Part shown: piece by piece, positions 10,934-21,645 of the stretch
Layout: each line of letters begins with the position of its first letter
Position numbering within the stretch: the first letter of the stretch is position 1
Source: Pseudolabrys sp.
GTDB taxonomy: Bacteria; Pseudomonadota; Alphaproteobacteria; Rhizobiales; Xanthobacteraceae
Length of the DNA: 64,000 bases
Direction of reading: 5' to 3'
Assembly (NCBI GenBank): GCA_035499835.1
Contig: DATJYA010000358.1
Span: forward strand, 170-64,169
Made by a program: the position numbers and the translations under genes
The notes under the pieces: model-generated
Told to the model about the DNA's origin: nothing
What the model saw: the letters and a program-made list of their open reading frames with translations, nothing else
Databases searched by the model: none

Positions 10934-11890
10934 ATGGCCATTGCCCTCGACCAGGCTCGCGCCCGTTTCGGCCCGCGCGACGTAAGCGCTTGGACCCGCC
11001 TCAAGACCAACCGCGACTGGCTCGGCTTCTGGTTCATGCTGCCGGCGGCGGCGTTCCTGATCTTGTTCCTCGCCTATCCGCTCGGTCTCGGCGTCTGGCT
11101 GTCGTTCACGGATGCCCGGCTTGGCCGCGGCGGCGTTTTTGTCGGCATCGAAAACTACGAATTTCTCTGGGAAGACTCGACGTTCTGGCTCACGGTTTTC
11201 AACACGCTGCTCTACACCACGGTCGCCAGCGCAATAAAATTCGCGGTCGGTCTGTATCTGGCGCTGCTGCTCAACGAGCGGCTGCCGTTCAAGGCGATCC
11301 TGCGGGCGATCGTGCTCATACCGTTCATCGTGCCGACGGTGCTGTCGGCCATCGCGTTCTGGTGGCTGTTCGACCCGCAGTTCTCCATCATTTCCTGGTC
11401 GCTGAAGAAAATGGGTTTGATCTCGGCCAATATCAATTTTCTCGGCGATGTGTGGAACGCGCGTTGGTCCGTGATCTTCGCCAATATCTGGCGCGGCGTT
11501 CCGTTCGTGGCGATCACGCTGCTGGCGGGGCTGCAAACCGTATCGCCCTCGCTCTACGAGGCGGCGACCATCGACGGCGCGACAAACTGGCAGCGCTTCC
11601 GTTTCATCACCTATCCGCTGCTCACCCCGATCATCGCCGTGGTGATGACATTTTCCGTGCTTTTCACGTTCACGGACTTCCAGTTGATCTGGGTGATGAC
11701 GCGCGGCGGCCCGGTCAACGCCACGCATTTGATGGCGACATTCTCCTACCAGCGCGCGATCATGAGCGGCTATCTGGGCGAAGGGGCCGCGATTTCGACC
11801 GCGATGATTCCGTTCCTGCTCGCCGCCATCCTCGTGTCATGGTTCGGTTTGCAGCGGCGCAAATGGCAGCAAGGCGAAAGCAATGACTGA
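10934..11890 (+). CDS. CUT1 ABC permease (MalF/UgpA-like)
   Basis: Multiple TM segments and EAA motif LYEAATIDGA. Confidence 0.93.
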   Translation: MAIALDQARARFGPRDVSAWTRLKTNRDWLGFWFMLPAAAFLILFLAYPLGLGVWLSFTDARLGRGGVFVGIENYEFLWEDSTFWLTVFNTLLYTTVASAIKFAVGLYLALLLNERLPFKAILRAIVLIPFIVPTVLSAIAFWWLFDPQFSIISWSLKKMGLISANINFLGDVWNARWSVIFANIWRGVPFVAITLLAGLQTVSPSLYEAATIDGATNWQRFRFITYPLLTPIIAVVMTFSVLFTFTDFQLIWVMTRGGPVNATHLMATFSYQRAIMSGYLGEGAAISTAMIPFLLAAILVSWFGLQRRKWQQGESND

Positions 11891-12812
11891 CACGCTCGCC
11901 AGCAAAGTCGCCAACCCAGGGAACGTACTTGCCGGCTCGACGCCGCTTGCCGATGACAGCGAGGGGATGAGCTATCTGCAAAGCCTGCCGCGACGGCTCG
12001 TGACGCTCTATCTGCCCCTGTCGATCATCCTGTTCGTGCTGCTGTTCCCTTTTTACTGGATGGCCCTGACCTCCATCAAACCCGACGAGCAGTTGCTTGA
12101 TCTGGACACCTACAGCCCGTTCTGGACGTGGAACCCGACGCTCAAGCACATCACGAAGCTGCTGTTCGAGACCCAGTATCCGGTCTGGCTTTGGAACACG
12201 ATGCTGGTCGCGGTCTGCGCGACCGCGCTTTCCATCGTCGCCAGCGTGCTCGCGGCCTATGCCATCGTCCGGCTTCGCTATCGGGGCGCACAGTGGGTCG
12301 GCGGGGCGATCTTCCTCGCCTATCTGGTGCCACCGTCGATTCTGTTCATTCCCCTGTCGACGGTCGTCTTTCAATACGGCCTGTTCGATACGCCGTTTGC
12401 GCTGATCCTGACCTATCCGACCATCCTCATCCCGTTCTCGACCTGGCTGCTGATGGGCTATTTCAAGACCATCCCGTTCGAGCTTGAGGAATGCGCGTTG
12501 ATCGACGGCGCCAGCCGCTGGCAAATCCTCATGCGAATTGTGCTGCCGCTTGCCATACCGGGGCTGATCTCGGCGTTCATCTTCTGCTTCACGTTGTGCT
12601 GGAACGAATTCATCTACGCGCTGACCTTCATTTCATCGACCCAATACAAGACCGTGCCGGTCGCGATTGTGACTGCGCTGGTCGATGGCGATATCTATCG
12701 CTGGGGTTCCCTGATGGCGGGCGCCATGATCGGCTCCCTGCCGCTCGTCATCCTCTACGCGTTTTTTGTCGAGCACTACGTCTCGGCGATGACCGGCGCG
12801 GTCAAGGAATAG
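11883..12812 (+). CDS. CUT1 ABC permease (MalG/UgpE-like)
   Basis: TM segments, LEECALIDGA, overlaps the previous gene. Confidence 0.93.
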   Translation: MTDTLASKVANPGNVLAGSTPLADDSEGMSYLQSLPRRLVTLYLPLSIILFVLLFPFYWMALTSIKPDEQLLDLDTYSPFWTWNPTLKHITKLLFETQYPVWLWNTMLVAVCATALSIVASVLAAYAIVRLRYRGAQWVGGAIFLAYLVPPSILFIPLSTVVFQYGLFDTPFALILTYPTILIPFSTWLLMGYFKTIPFELEECALIDGASRWQILMRIVLPLAIPGLISAFIFCFTLCWNEFIYALTFISSTQYKTVPVAIVTALVDGDIYRWGSLMAGAMIGSLPLVILYAFFVEHYVSAMTGAVKE

Positions 12813-12835
12813 CCGGCAATCGGCGGCCCGGACAC

Positions 12836-13933
<1,098 letters not shown>

Positions 13934-13973
13934 TGTTCCCCTCCCTTTGCCCCACCCAAGTTTCCTGAGCGCT

Positions 13974-14873
13974 CTAGCCTTTTGTTGCGCCGGCCGTGAG
14001 CCCGGCGATGTAGTAGTCCATGAGAAACGCGTAGATCACCAGCGGCGGCGCCGCGGCAAGCAGCGCGCCGGCCATCAGCATGCCCCACTTGTAGACGTCG
14101 CCGCGGATCAGGCTGGTCACCGTGCCGACGGTGAGCACCTGCTGATCGGACGAATAGAGAAAGGCCATCGGATAGACGAAGGCGGCCCAGGACACGGTGA
14201 AGGCGAAGATCATCGCCGCGATGATGCCGGGCAGCGCCACCGGAATGAAGATCTTCAACAGCATCTGCATGTGTCCGGCGCCGTCGATCAGCGCGGCTTC
14301 GTCGAGCTCCTTCGGGATCGACTGGAAGTAGCCGATCATGATCCAGGTGCAGAACGGCACCGTCAGCGTTGGATAGACCAGCACCATGCCCCAATAGGAG
14401 TTGAGCAGGCCGAGCCATTTGACGATCTGGAACATGGGGATGAAGAGCAGCGTGTCCGGCACGAGGTAGGTCAGGAAGATGCCGGTCGCCAGGATGCTCG
14501 AGCCCCAGAACCGCATACGGCCAAGCGCAAAGGCGGCAAGAACGCTCACCACCATGGTGATCGCGACCACGCACACCGTCACGATCGCGGTGTTCTTGAA
14601 GAAGATAAGGAAGTCGGTGTTCTTCAGCAGGATCCTGAACTGATCGAAAGTGACCCCATCGTAGATGAACCAGGGGCTGGTGGCGAGGCGCGCCATCTCA
14701 GCGTCGCTCTTGAGCGCGGTCACCACCATGTAATAGGGCGGCGCCAGGAAGAAGATCGCGAAGAGGATCAGGAAGAAATACGACGTGTAAAGCGCCCAGC
14801 GCCGGTTGCGCCGCAGGCTGGCGCCGGTTCTAAAGGTCTTTGTCGCCGGTACGGCGGCGGTGAACGCGCTCAT
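13974..14873 (-). CDS. CUT1 ABC permease (MalG-like)
   Basis: TM segments and LDEAALIDGA. Confidence 0.93.
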   Translation of the reverse strand: MSAFTAAVPATKTFRTGASLRRNRRWALYTSYFFLILFAIFFLAPPYYMVVTALKSDAEMARLATSPWFIYDGVTFDQFRILLKNTDFLIFFKNTAIVTVCVVAITMVVSVLAAFALGRMRFWGSSILATGIFLTYLVPDTLLFIPMFQIVKWLGLLNSYWGMVLVYPTLTVPFCTWIMIGYFQSIPKELDEAALIDGAGHMQMLLKIFIPVALPGIIAAMIFAFTVSWAAFVYPMAFLYSSDQQVLTVGTVTSLIRGDVYKWGMLMAGALLAAAPPLVIYAFLMDYYIAGLTAGATKG

Positions 14874-15817
14874 CCGATTTCCCTCCCCCGCTTGCGCACA
14901 CCGCGCAGGATAAAGACCGCGGCGATGGCCAGGATCGGGAACATGAACAGCGAGGTCGCCGCGCCAAGCGGAAGATCACCGGAGCGGATACCGAGCAGGA
15001 AGGCGTAGGTCGCGAACATATGCGTCATGTTGCGCGGGCCGCCGGCCGTCATGATCTGCACGATGTCGAAATTGGCGAAGGTCACGATCATCGAGAACAG
15101 CACGGTGATGGCGATGATGTTGCGCATCATCGGCAGAGTGACGTGGATGAATTTCTGCCAGGCGCTGGCGCCGTCGATGGAGGCCGCTTCATAAAGCTGC
15201 TCCGGCACCGACTTCAGCGCCGCCAGATACATGATGAGGAAGAACGGCGCGCCGTACCAGACGTTGACCAGGATCACCGAGAACCGCGCCCATTCCGGCT
15301 CGCTGAGCCAGGGAATGCCGGCAAAGCCCAAGCTTCTCAAAGTGTAGTTGAACGCCGAATTGGTCGGATCGAACATCCACCACCAGCCAAGCGTCGACAG
15401 CGCCAGCGGGATGACCCACGGCACCAGCAGCATGCCGCGCCATTTGCGCTGGCCCTTGACCGGCAGATTGTTGACGAGGTGCGCGGTGATCAGCCCGATC
15501 AGCGCCTTAAAGAACACGGCTGATAGGGCAAAAATCGTCGATTGCTCGACGACCATCCAGAAGGTGTCACGCGACATCAGGAAGGTGAAATTCGACAGGC
15601 CGATAAAGCGTGTCTGCGCCTTGTTCAGCATCGACAGATAGATCGAATAGAACGCCGGATAAATGACAAGGCAGGCGATGATCAGAATGAGCGGCAGACA
15701 CATCAGAAACGCGATGGTCGAGCGCCGGCGGAAGAGCAACCGAATCCGGCCCGGCTTTGTTGCGCCACCGCCGCTATACGGAACCGTAGACCCCCACGTC
15801 TGAACGGTATCGGCCAT
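14870..15817 (-). CDS. CUT1 ABC permease (MalF-like)
   Basis: TM segments, LYEAASIDGA, ATGA overlap with the next gene. Confidence 0.93.
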   Translation of the reverse strand: MADTVQTWGSTVPYSGGGATKPGRIRLLFRRRSTIAFLMCLPLILIIACLVIYPAFYSIYLSMLNKAQTRFIGLSNFTFLMSRDTFWMVVEQSTIFALSAVFFKALIGLITAHLVNNLPVKGQRKWRGMLLVPWVIPLALSTLGWWWMFDPTNSAFNYTLRSLGFAGIPWLSEPEWARFSVILVNVWYGAPFFLIMYLAALKSVPEQLYEAASIDGASAWQKFIHVTLPMMRNIIAITVLFSMIVTFANFDIVQIMTAGGPRNMTHMFATYAFLLGIRSGDLPLGAATSLFMFPILAIAAVFILRGVRKRGREIG

Positions 15818-15850
15818 GATCCACGACCCTTTATTTTGATTAATGAGTGA

Positions 15851-15879
15851 CGCATGCCGGCCACCGTGGCCGGCATGCG
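15851..15879 (-). other. Intercistronic stem-loop after SBP gene
   Basis: Perfect 14-bp inverted repeat CGCATGCCGGCCAC-C-GTGGCCGGCATGCG. Confidence 0.65.
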
Positions 15880-15906
15880 CATTTCACTTGCAACCCGTGA
15901 GAACGC

Positions 15907-17256
15907 TCAGGCGCGCAAGGTGCCTTCGAGCTCTTTCTCGGCCCACTTGATCACGTCGTCGAGCTTCTCTTTGCCCTGCGTGAACTTGGAGATCATCACG
16001 GTGTTGATGGCCTGGTTGTACATCTGGGCGCCGACTTCAGAACGCGCCGGCGCGCCATATATCGAGGTCTGCTCGTCGCCGCGCGGCGGATAGCCGTAGA
16101 CGGTGCCGACAGGCGGCTCGACCTCGTTCCAGGTCGGCAGGTCGTACATCGTCCTGAACGACGGCAGGTCGTAACCGACCGACGCAGCGACCAGTTGCGC
16201 GACCGACTCCTTCTGCGAAACGAAGGTGAGGAAATCTTTCGCGGCAGACTTGTTCTTGGAGAACTGCCACACGCCGTAGAATTGCGGCAGCTGGCCGACG
16301 AAACGCCCCTTCGGCCCCTTCGGCACCGGATGCGTCCAGCAGTTCTCGGCCACCTTCGGGTTGTCGCGCTTGGCGACCGCCCAGGCGCTCGGCGGATTCA
16401 TAATGCCCGAGCCCTTGCCAGAAATTAGCCAGCGGTTGTTGCCGGCGTCGTCCCAGGCGAACACGTCGGGCGGAGACGCTTCCATGATCTTGCGCGCGAT
16501 TTCCATCGCCTGCCGGGTCTCGTCGGAATTGATCTTGATGTTGTCCTTGGCGTCGACGAACACCACGCCGTAGGCGTTAAACAGGCCGCCGACCCAGTCG
16601 ACCGCATCGGAGGTCTGGCCCATCGGCAGACCGACCGGGAAGCCGGCCTTGAACAGCTTCTGTGCCGAGCTGACGTAGGCGTCCCAGGTCCAGGAATCGA
16701 CCTTGGCCTTGTCCCACTTCTTCTCGTCGGCCGGGAACATGTCGCGGACGTCGATGCCCGCATGCTCCTTGTAGAGATCGAAGCGCGAGCAGCACGGCTT
16801 CACCTGGCTGCCGATTGCGGTCGGAACGCCGCGCCAGGTACCCTTGATCCTGGCGAGATACTCGGCGACCGGACTGATCGGGCCGTATTTCTTGATCAGG
16901 CCATCGACCACGTCGTTGAGCGGCTCGAGCTTGTCCTGGTGAATGCGGATATTCCAGTCGCGATGCGACATGATGTCGTGGCCGGTGCCGGCTTGCGCCT
17001 CGGCGGCGGCGGTAAGCTTGTCTTTCTCGCCCTGCGAGGTGATGTAGTCGATGTGAACTTCGACGCTGTTCTTGTCGCCCCACTCCTTGGCGAGCTTATC
17101 GAGCGCCTTGTTCGCGCCGGGCACCCAGTGGTCCCACACGCCCAATGACAGTGTGCCTGCGGCGTAAGCGCCATGAACATAGGGCGCGGTGATAGCGGCA
17201 GCCGAGGCAAGAGCCGCGGTTTTCAGAACAGTTCTACGAGTAGTCCCTGAACGCAT
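15907..17256 (-). CDS. CUT1 ABC substrate-binding protein with Tat-like signal
   Basis: GGAGG RBS and MRSGTTRRTVLKTAALAS leader. First gene of the minus-strand ABC operon. Confidence 0.9.
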   Translation of the reverse strand: MRSGTTRRTVLKTAALASAAAITAPYVHGAYAAGTLSLGVWDHWVPGANKALDKLAKEWGDKNSVEVHIDYITSQGEKDKLTAAAEAQAGTGHDIMSHRDWNIRIHQDKLEPLNDVVDGLIKKYGPISPVAEYLARIKGTWRGVPTAIGSQVKPCCSRFDLYKEHAGIDVRDMFPADEKKWDKAKVDSWTWDAYVSSAQKLFKAGFPVGLPMGQTSDAVDWVGGLFNAYGVVFVDAKDNIKINSDETRQAMEIARKIMEASPPDVFAWDDAGNNRWLISGKGSGIMNPPSAWAVAKRDNPKVAENCWTHPVPKGPKGRFVGQLPQFYGVWQFSKNKSAAKDFLTFVSQKESVAQLVAASVGYDLPSFRTMYDLPTWNEVEPPVGTVYGYPPRGDEQTSIYGAPARSEVGAQMYNQAINTVMISKFTQGKEKLDDVIKWAEKELEGTLRA

Positions 17257-17476
17257 CGAAGCAGTCCTCCCTGTTAATATTGAAGCCTTGTTATTTTGCC
17301 GGGAGGGTATACCGAATTTGTATGGGTGCCTAGCGCGGGGTCCGCAAATTTGGTGCTGCGAAAGCCGCTCAGTGAAACTGCCACAATTTTCATCGGGACG
17401 GATCAATCGGCTAATACATAAGTCTAATAAAAGCGGCCATTTTCGTTCGGTGGGTAATGATGGCGGTTGCGCCAGC

Positions 17477-20041
17477 CTAGGCGCCCGCGCGCGCGAATTT
17501 TTTCAGCAGCTCCGCACTGGCGAGGTAGGCCACGACCAGAACCGCAATCGCCCCCACCATCGCCCAAGGCATTGTCGTGAAATCGAATGCCGCTCCGAGT
17601 CTCGTCGAGACGATTGCAAAAGAGATCAGCAACGCACCGAGCGAACTCGCCACCAGCACAGGGTGTGCGCGGCTCGCCCAAGCCGGGCGGGCGCTGCGGA
17701 TAACAAAGATGACGAGAATCTGAGTCGCAATCGATTCGATAAACCAGGCGGTGCGGAATTGCTCGGCGCTGGCTTTGAAGATCTGCAGCAGCATCGCGAA
17801 GGTGGCGAGGTCGAACAGCGATGACAGCGCGCCCATGACGAGCGTGAAGTGCAGGATGGCCCGCATGTTCCAGGCGCGCGGCCGCGCCAGATCGCCGGCG
17901 TCCACTTCGTCGAAGGGGATGCCGGTCTCGGACAGATCGTAGATCAGGTTGTTGAGCAGAATCTGCACCGGCAGCAGCGGCAGAAACGGCAGCACCAGCG
18001 ACGCCAGCGCCATCGACAGCATGTTGCCGAAATTCGAGCTGGTGCCCATGCGCACGTATTTGAGGATATTGGCGAAGGTGCGCCGCCCCTCCTCCACACC
18101 GTCGGCGAGCACGCCGAGATCCGGCGCCAGCAGAATCATGTCGGCGGCACTGCGCGCGATATCGGTTGCCCCGTCGACGGACAGCCCGATCTCGGCGGTG
18201 TGAATGGCCGGCGCGTCATTGACGCCATCGCCGATGAAACCGACGGTGTGGCCGCGCGCCTGCAAGGCACGAATGATCCGGGTCTTCTGGTCGGGCGAAA
18301 CACGGGCGAACAGATCGGCGGTCTCGACACGCGCGATCAGGGCCGGCTCGGTCAGTTCCGCGATCTCCGCGCCGGTGAGCAGATCGCGCGCCGGAATCCT
18401 GAGCGTGTCGACCAGATGGCGCACGACGGCTTCGTGATCGCCGGAAATGACCTTGACGCGCACGCCGGCTGCGGCAAGCCGCGCAATCGCCGCGGCGGCG
18501 CTCGGTTTCGGCGGGTCGACGAAGACGCAAAAGCCGGCAATCGTCAGGTCGCACTCGTCCGCGTCACGCAGTTCGTGCGTGTCCCCCGGCATGTCCTTCC
18601 AGGCAATGCCGAGCAGCCGATAGCCGAGCCTGGACTGTTCCTGTTCCTGCCGTTCGAGCACGGCACGCGCGGTCTCGTCCAAGGGACTGCTTTGGCCGTC
18701 GCCGAGATCGACCGCGCTTGCGCGCGCGAACACCGCTTCCGGCGCACCTTTCAGAATCAGAATTCTCCTGCCTTCGCGCTCGGCCAGCACCGACAGGCAG
18801 CGGCGATCGAAATCGAAGGGAACTTCATCGATCTTGCGCCAGGCGGACAGGTCTTCGCCTGCGTCTTGCGCAATGATCGCCTGGTCGAGCGGGCTGCGGA
18901 TGCCGCCGCCGCAGGCAGCGGCCACCGCGGCAAGAGTCATGACCCACTTGCTGTCGGCGCCGTCGAAGCCCGGATGACCGACCAGCGATATTTTTGCTTC
19001 CGTCAGCGTCCCGGTCTTGTCGGTGCAGAGCACGTCCATGGCGCCGAGGTCGTGGATGGCGGCGAGGCGCTTGACCACCACACGCTTGGCCGCCATGCGG
19101 ATGGCGCCGCGCGACAGGGTCACGGTGGTGATCATCGGCAGAAGCTCGGGAGTGAGACCGACGGCAAGCGCGACCGCAAAAAGGAAGGAATCAAGCGCGG
19201 GGCGCCCGAAGACGATATCCACCAGCAACACGAACAGCACCAAAAACACAGTAAGCCGCAGGATCAGCAGACCGAGGCGGCGCAGGCCGCGCTCGAAGGC
19301 CGACGGCGTTTCCGCGCCCGCCAATGCCGCGGCGATGCCGCCGAACCGGGTGGTTTTGCCGGTCGCCGCCACCAGCATGGCGGCTTCGCCGTTGACGACC
19401 GAGGTTCCGGCAAAGAGCGCGTTAAAGGCATCGGCGGGCTCGCGCGCCTGGCAGTCGCCGACGCGCTTCTCGACCGGATAGGGCTCGCCGGTCATGAGCG
19501 CCTCATTGACGTGGGTGCCGCGGCCTTCGATCAGAATGCCGTCGGCGGGGACAAGATCGCCGGCTCGCAGTTCGACGACGTCGCCGGGCACGATCTGCCC
19601 GACGGGAAGCGAGCGCACCGCACCGTCGCGGCGGACGTCGGCATGGATTTCGACCGATCGCCTGAGCGCTTCCGCCCTGGTTTCCGCCCTCTCCTCCTGC
19701 ACGACGTCGAGGACGATCGACAGGCCGATCACCGCGAGGATAATGGCGAAGCTCGCCATGTCGCCGGTGAAGCCGGAAATCGCGGCGGCGACCAGAAGGA
19801 TGGCAACCAGCGGCTCGGCGAAGCGCTTGCCGATCTTGGCGGCAATGCCGTGACGACGCCCGGAAGCGATCGTATTCGGGCCAATGCTGTCAAGCCGTGC
19901 GGCGGCATCAGCGCTGGTCAGGCCGCCCGGCTTGCTGCGCAGGCGCTCAAACAGGTCTGCCGCGGGAAGCAGCCAGTAGGCCTCGCGGGCACCGTTCGCT
20001 GTCCTGGCGCCGGTCACGGTTGCAACGGGGAAGACCGACAT
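17477..20041 (-). CDS. mgtA: Mg2+-translocating P-type ATPase (type IIIB)
   Basis: TGEP, AVGLTPELLPMI, DKTGTLT, GDGVND and TSSNFGN. Start placed at MSVFPV (20041) to avoid overlap with the upstream gene. Confidence 0.88.
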   Translation of the reverse strand: MSVFPVATVTGARTANGAREAYWLLPAADLFERLRSKPGGLTSADAAARLDSIGPNTIASGRRHGIAAKIGKRFAEPLVAILLVAAAISGFTGDMASFAIILAVIGLSIVLDVVQEERAETRAEALRRSVEIHADVRRDGAVRSLPVGQIVPGDVVELRAGDLVPADGILIEGRGTHVNEALMTGEPYPVEKRVGDCQAREPADAFNALFAGTSVVNGEAAMLVAATGKTTRFGGIAAALAGAETPSAFERGLRRLGLLILRLTVFLVLFVLLVDIVFGRPALDSFLFAVALAVGLTPELLPMITTVTLSRGAIRMAAKRVVVKRLAAIHDLGAMDVLCTDKTGTLTEAKISLVGHPGFDGADSKWVMTLAAVAAACGGGIRSPLDQAIIAQDAGEDLSAWRKIDEVPFDFDRRCLSVLAEREGRRILILKGAPEAVFARASAVDLGDGQSSPLDETARAVLERQEQEQSRLGYRLLGIAWKDMPGDTHELRDADECDLTIAGFCVFVDPPKPSAAAAIARLAAAGVRVKVISGDHEAVVRHLVDTLRIPARDLLTGAEIAELTEPALIARVETADLFARVSPDQKTRIIRALQARGHTVGFIGDGVNDAPAIHTAEIGLSVDGATDIARSAADMILLAPDLGVLADGVEEGRRTFANILKYVRMGTSSNFGNMLSMALASLVLPFLPLLPVQILLNNLIYDLSETGIPFDEVDAGDLARPRAWNMRAILHFTLVMGALSSLFDLATFAMLLQIFKASAEQFRTAWFIESIATQILVIFVIRSARPAWASRAHPVLVASSLGALLISFAIVSTRLGAAFDFTTMPWAMVGAIAVLVVAYLASAELLKKFARAGA

Positions 20042-20060
20042 TCGGCGCGATTTGCCCCAA

Positions 20061-21635
20061 TCAGGAAACGGCCAGCGATTGTGTCCGCCAGCGAGCAACC
20101 TCAGCAAGCTCCCGGTCCGGACGCTCGACCAGCACGTCGCAGTGGCCAATGTAGATGGCCCCGCTGTCGCCGTCTATTGAGAGCCAATCGCCCTGCTCGA
20201 TCGTTGCGCCCGCAAGGCGCGCGCTACGGTTTGCCGCGTCAACCGCCAGCGCCGCGCAGCCGACAATGCACGGCTTGTCCATCTGCCGCGCCACCAGCGC
20301 CGCATGCGCGGTGCGGCCGCCGACCGCCGTGACAATGCCGGCCGACGCCGCAAAACCCGCCACATCGGCGGTACTGGTATCCGGCCGCATCAGGATCACC
20401 GGATCGCCGCGCCCCGCCAGACGCTGCGCGCTGTCGGAATCGAAGACGGCGCGGCCGACGGCGACGCCGGCAGCCGCACCGGTGCCATGCGCGGCCGGTT
20501 GCTGCGCGCCGGCAAGGCGGCGCTGCGCCAGCGCGTCGAGGTCGACACCATCGACGCGTTGCAAGGCCTGCTGCGGCGAAATCAGGCCTTCATTGACGAA
20601 GTCAATCGCAAATTGCAGCGCCGCGCGCGGCGTACGTTTGGCCGAGCGCGTCTGCAGCACCCATAATTTGCCGTCCTCGATGGTGAATTCGACATCCTGG
20701 ACGTCAGCAAATTCGCGTTCGAGCCGGACCAGCGTATCGCGCAATCGCGCGGCCGCCCGCGGCGTGTAACGCTCAATCGCGCTCTCGTTTTCCGGCGTGC
20801 GGCTGCCCGAGACCACGTCTTCGCCCTGCGCTTCGAACAGGACCTCTATGACCGGCCGCGCCGCGCCGGTCGAGGGATCGCGCGAAAAGGCAACGCCCGC
20901 TCCCGAGCCGCCGCCGTGATTGCCGAACACCATCGCCTGCACCGTAACCGCGGTGCCTTGCAAGTCCTGCATGTTCTGCAGCCTGCGGTAGGCGCAGGCA
21001 CGCTCGCTCATCCACGACCGATAGACCGCGCGCGCCGCGCTTACGAGCTGCTCGACCGGATCATCCGGCAGCTTCTCGTCCTCGTCCTCGATCAACTGCC
21101 GGAACTCGCCGGCCAGGCGCTCGAGACTATCGCTGTCAAGCTCGCCTTCGGCGGCAGTCAGCGCGGCGCGGCGGGCGGAAAATTGCGCAGCTTCGAGGCC
21201 GAGCACGACCTCGCCATAGCTCTCGAGAAACCGCCTGCGGCTATCCCAGGCAAACCGCGGATTGCCGGTCATGCGCACCAGGCCATGCACCGCCGCCGTC
21301 GTACAGCCGACGTCAAGCACCGTATCGAGCATGCCGGGCATGGACCGCGCCGCGCCCGAGCGCACCGACACCAACAGCGGATGCCTGCGGTCGCCGAAGA
21401 CCCGGCCGGTCGCCTGTTCGAGAAAGGCGATGCCTTCGGCGAGGCCCGCCGTGACTTTTGCCTGTGCGTCGTGATCGCCGCGGACGACCGCGGCACATAA
21501 TTCGACCGGCAGCACGAAAGCCGGCGGCACCGGCAGGCCTAGCACCGCCATGCGCGCCAGATTGGCTGCCTTGGCACCCACCATTTCGGCGGGATATTGG
21601 CCGGTTTCGCCGTTCCCGATGCGAGCGATGCGCAT
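20061..21635 (-). CDS. Pyruvate,phosphate dikinase-like protein (ATP-grasp plus phospho-His domains only)
   Basis: GAKAANL, LLVSVRSGA..SMPGMLDT, VQAMVFGN, QGEDVVSG, LQTRSAKR and GGRTAHAALVAR. At 524 aa it has no C-terminal PEP/pyruvate barrel. Confidence 0.85.
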   Translation of the reverse strand: MRIARIGNGETGQYPAEMVGAKAANLARMAVLGLPVPPAFVLPVELCAAVVRGDHDAQAKVTAGLAEGIAFLEQATGRVFGDRRHPLLVSVRSGAARSMPGMLDTVLDVGCTTAAVHGLVRMTGNPRFAWDSRRRFLESYGEVVLGLEAAQFSARRAALTAAEGELDSDSLERLAGEFRQLIEDEDEKLPDDPVEQLVSAARAVYRSWMSERACAYRRLQNMQDLQGTAVTVQAMVFGNHGGGSGAGVAFSRDPSTGAARPVIEVLFEAQGEDVVSGSRTPENESAIERYTPRAAARLRDTLVRLEREFADVQDVEFTIEDGKLWVLQTRSAKRTPRAALQFAIDFVNEGLISPQQALQRVDGVDLDALAQRRLAGAQQPAAHGTGAAAGVAVGRAVFDSDSAQRLAGRGDPVILMRPDTSTADVAGFAASAGIVTAVGGRTAHAALVARQMDKPCIVGCAALAVDAANRSARLAGATIEQGDWLSIDGDSGAIYIGHCDVLVERPDRELAEVARWRTQSLAVS

Positions 21636-21645
21636 GATCTCCCCG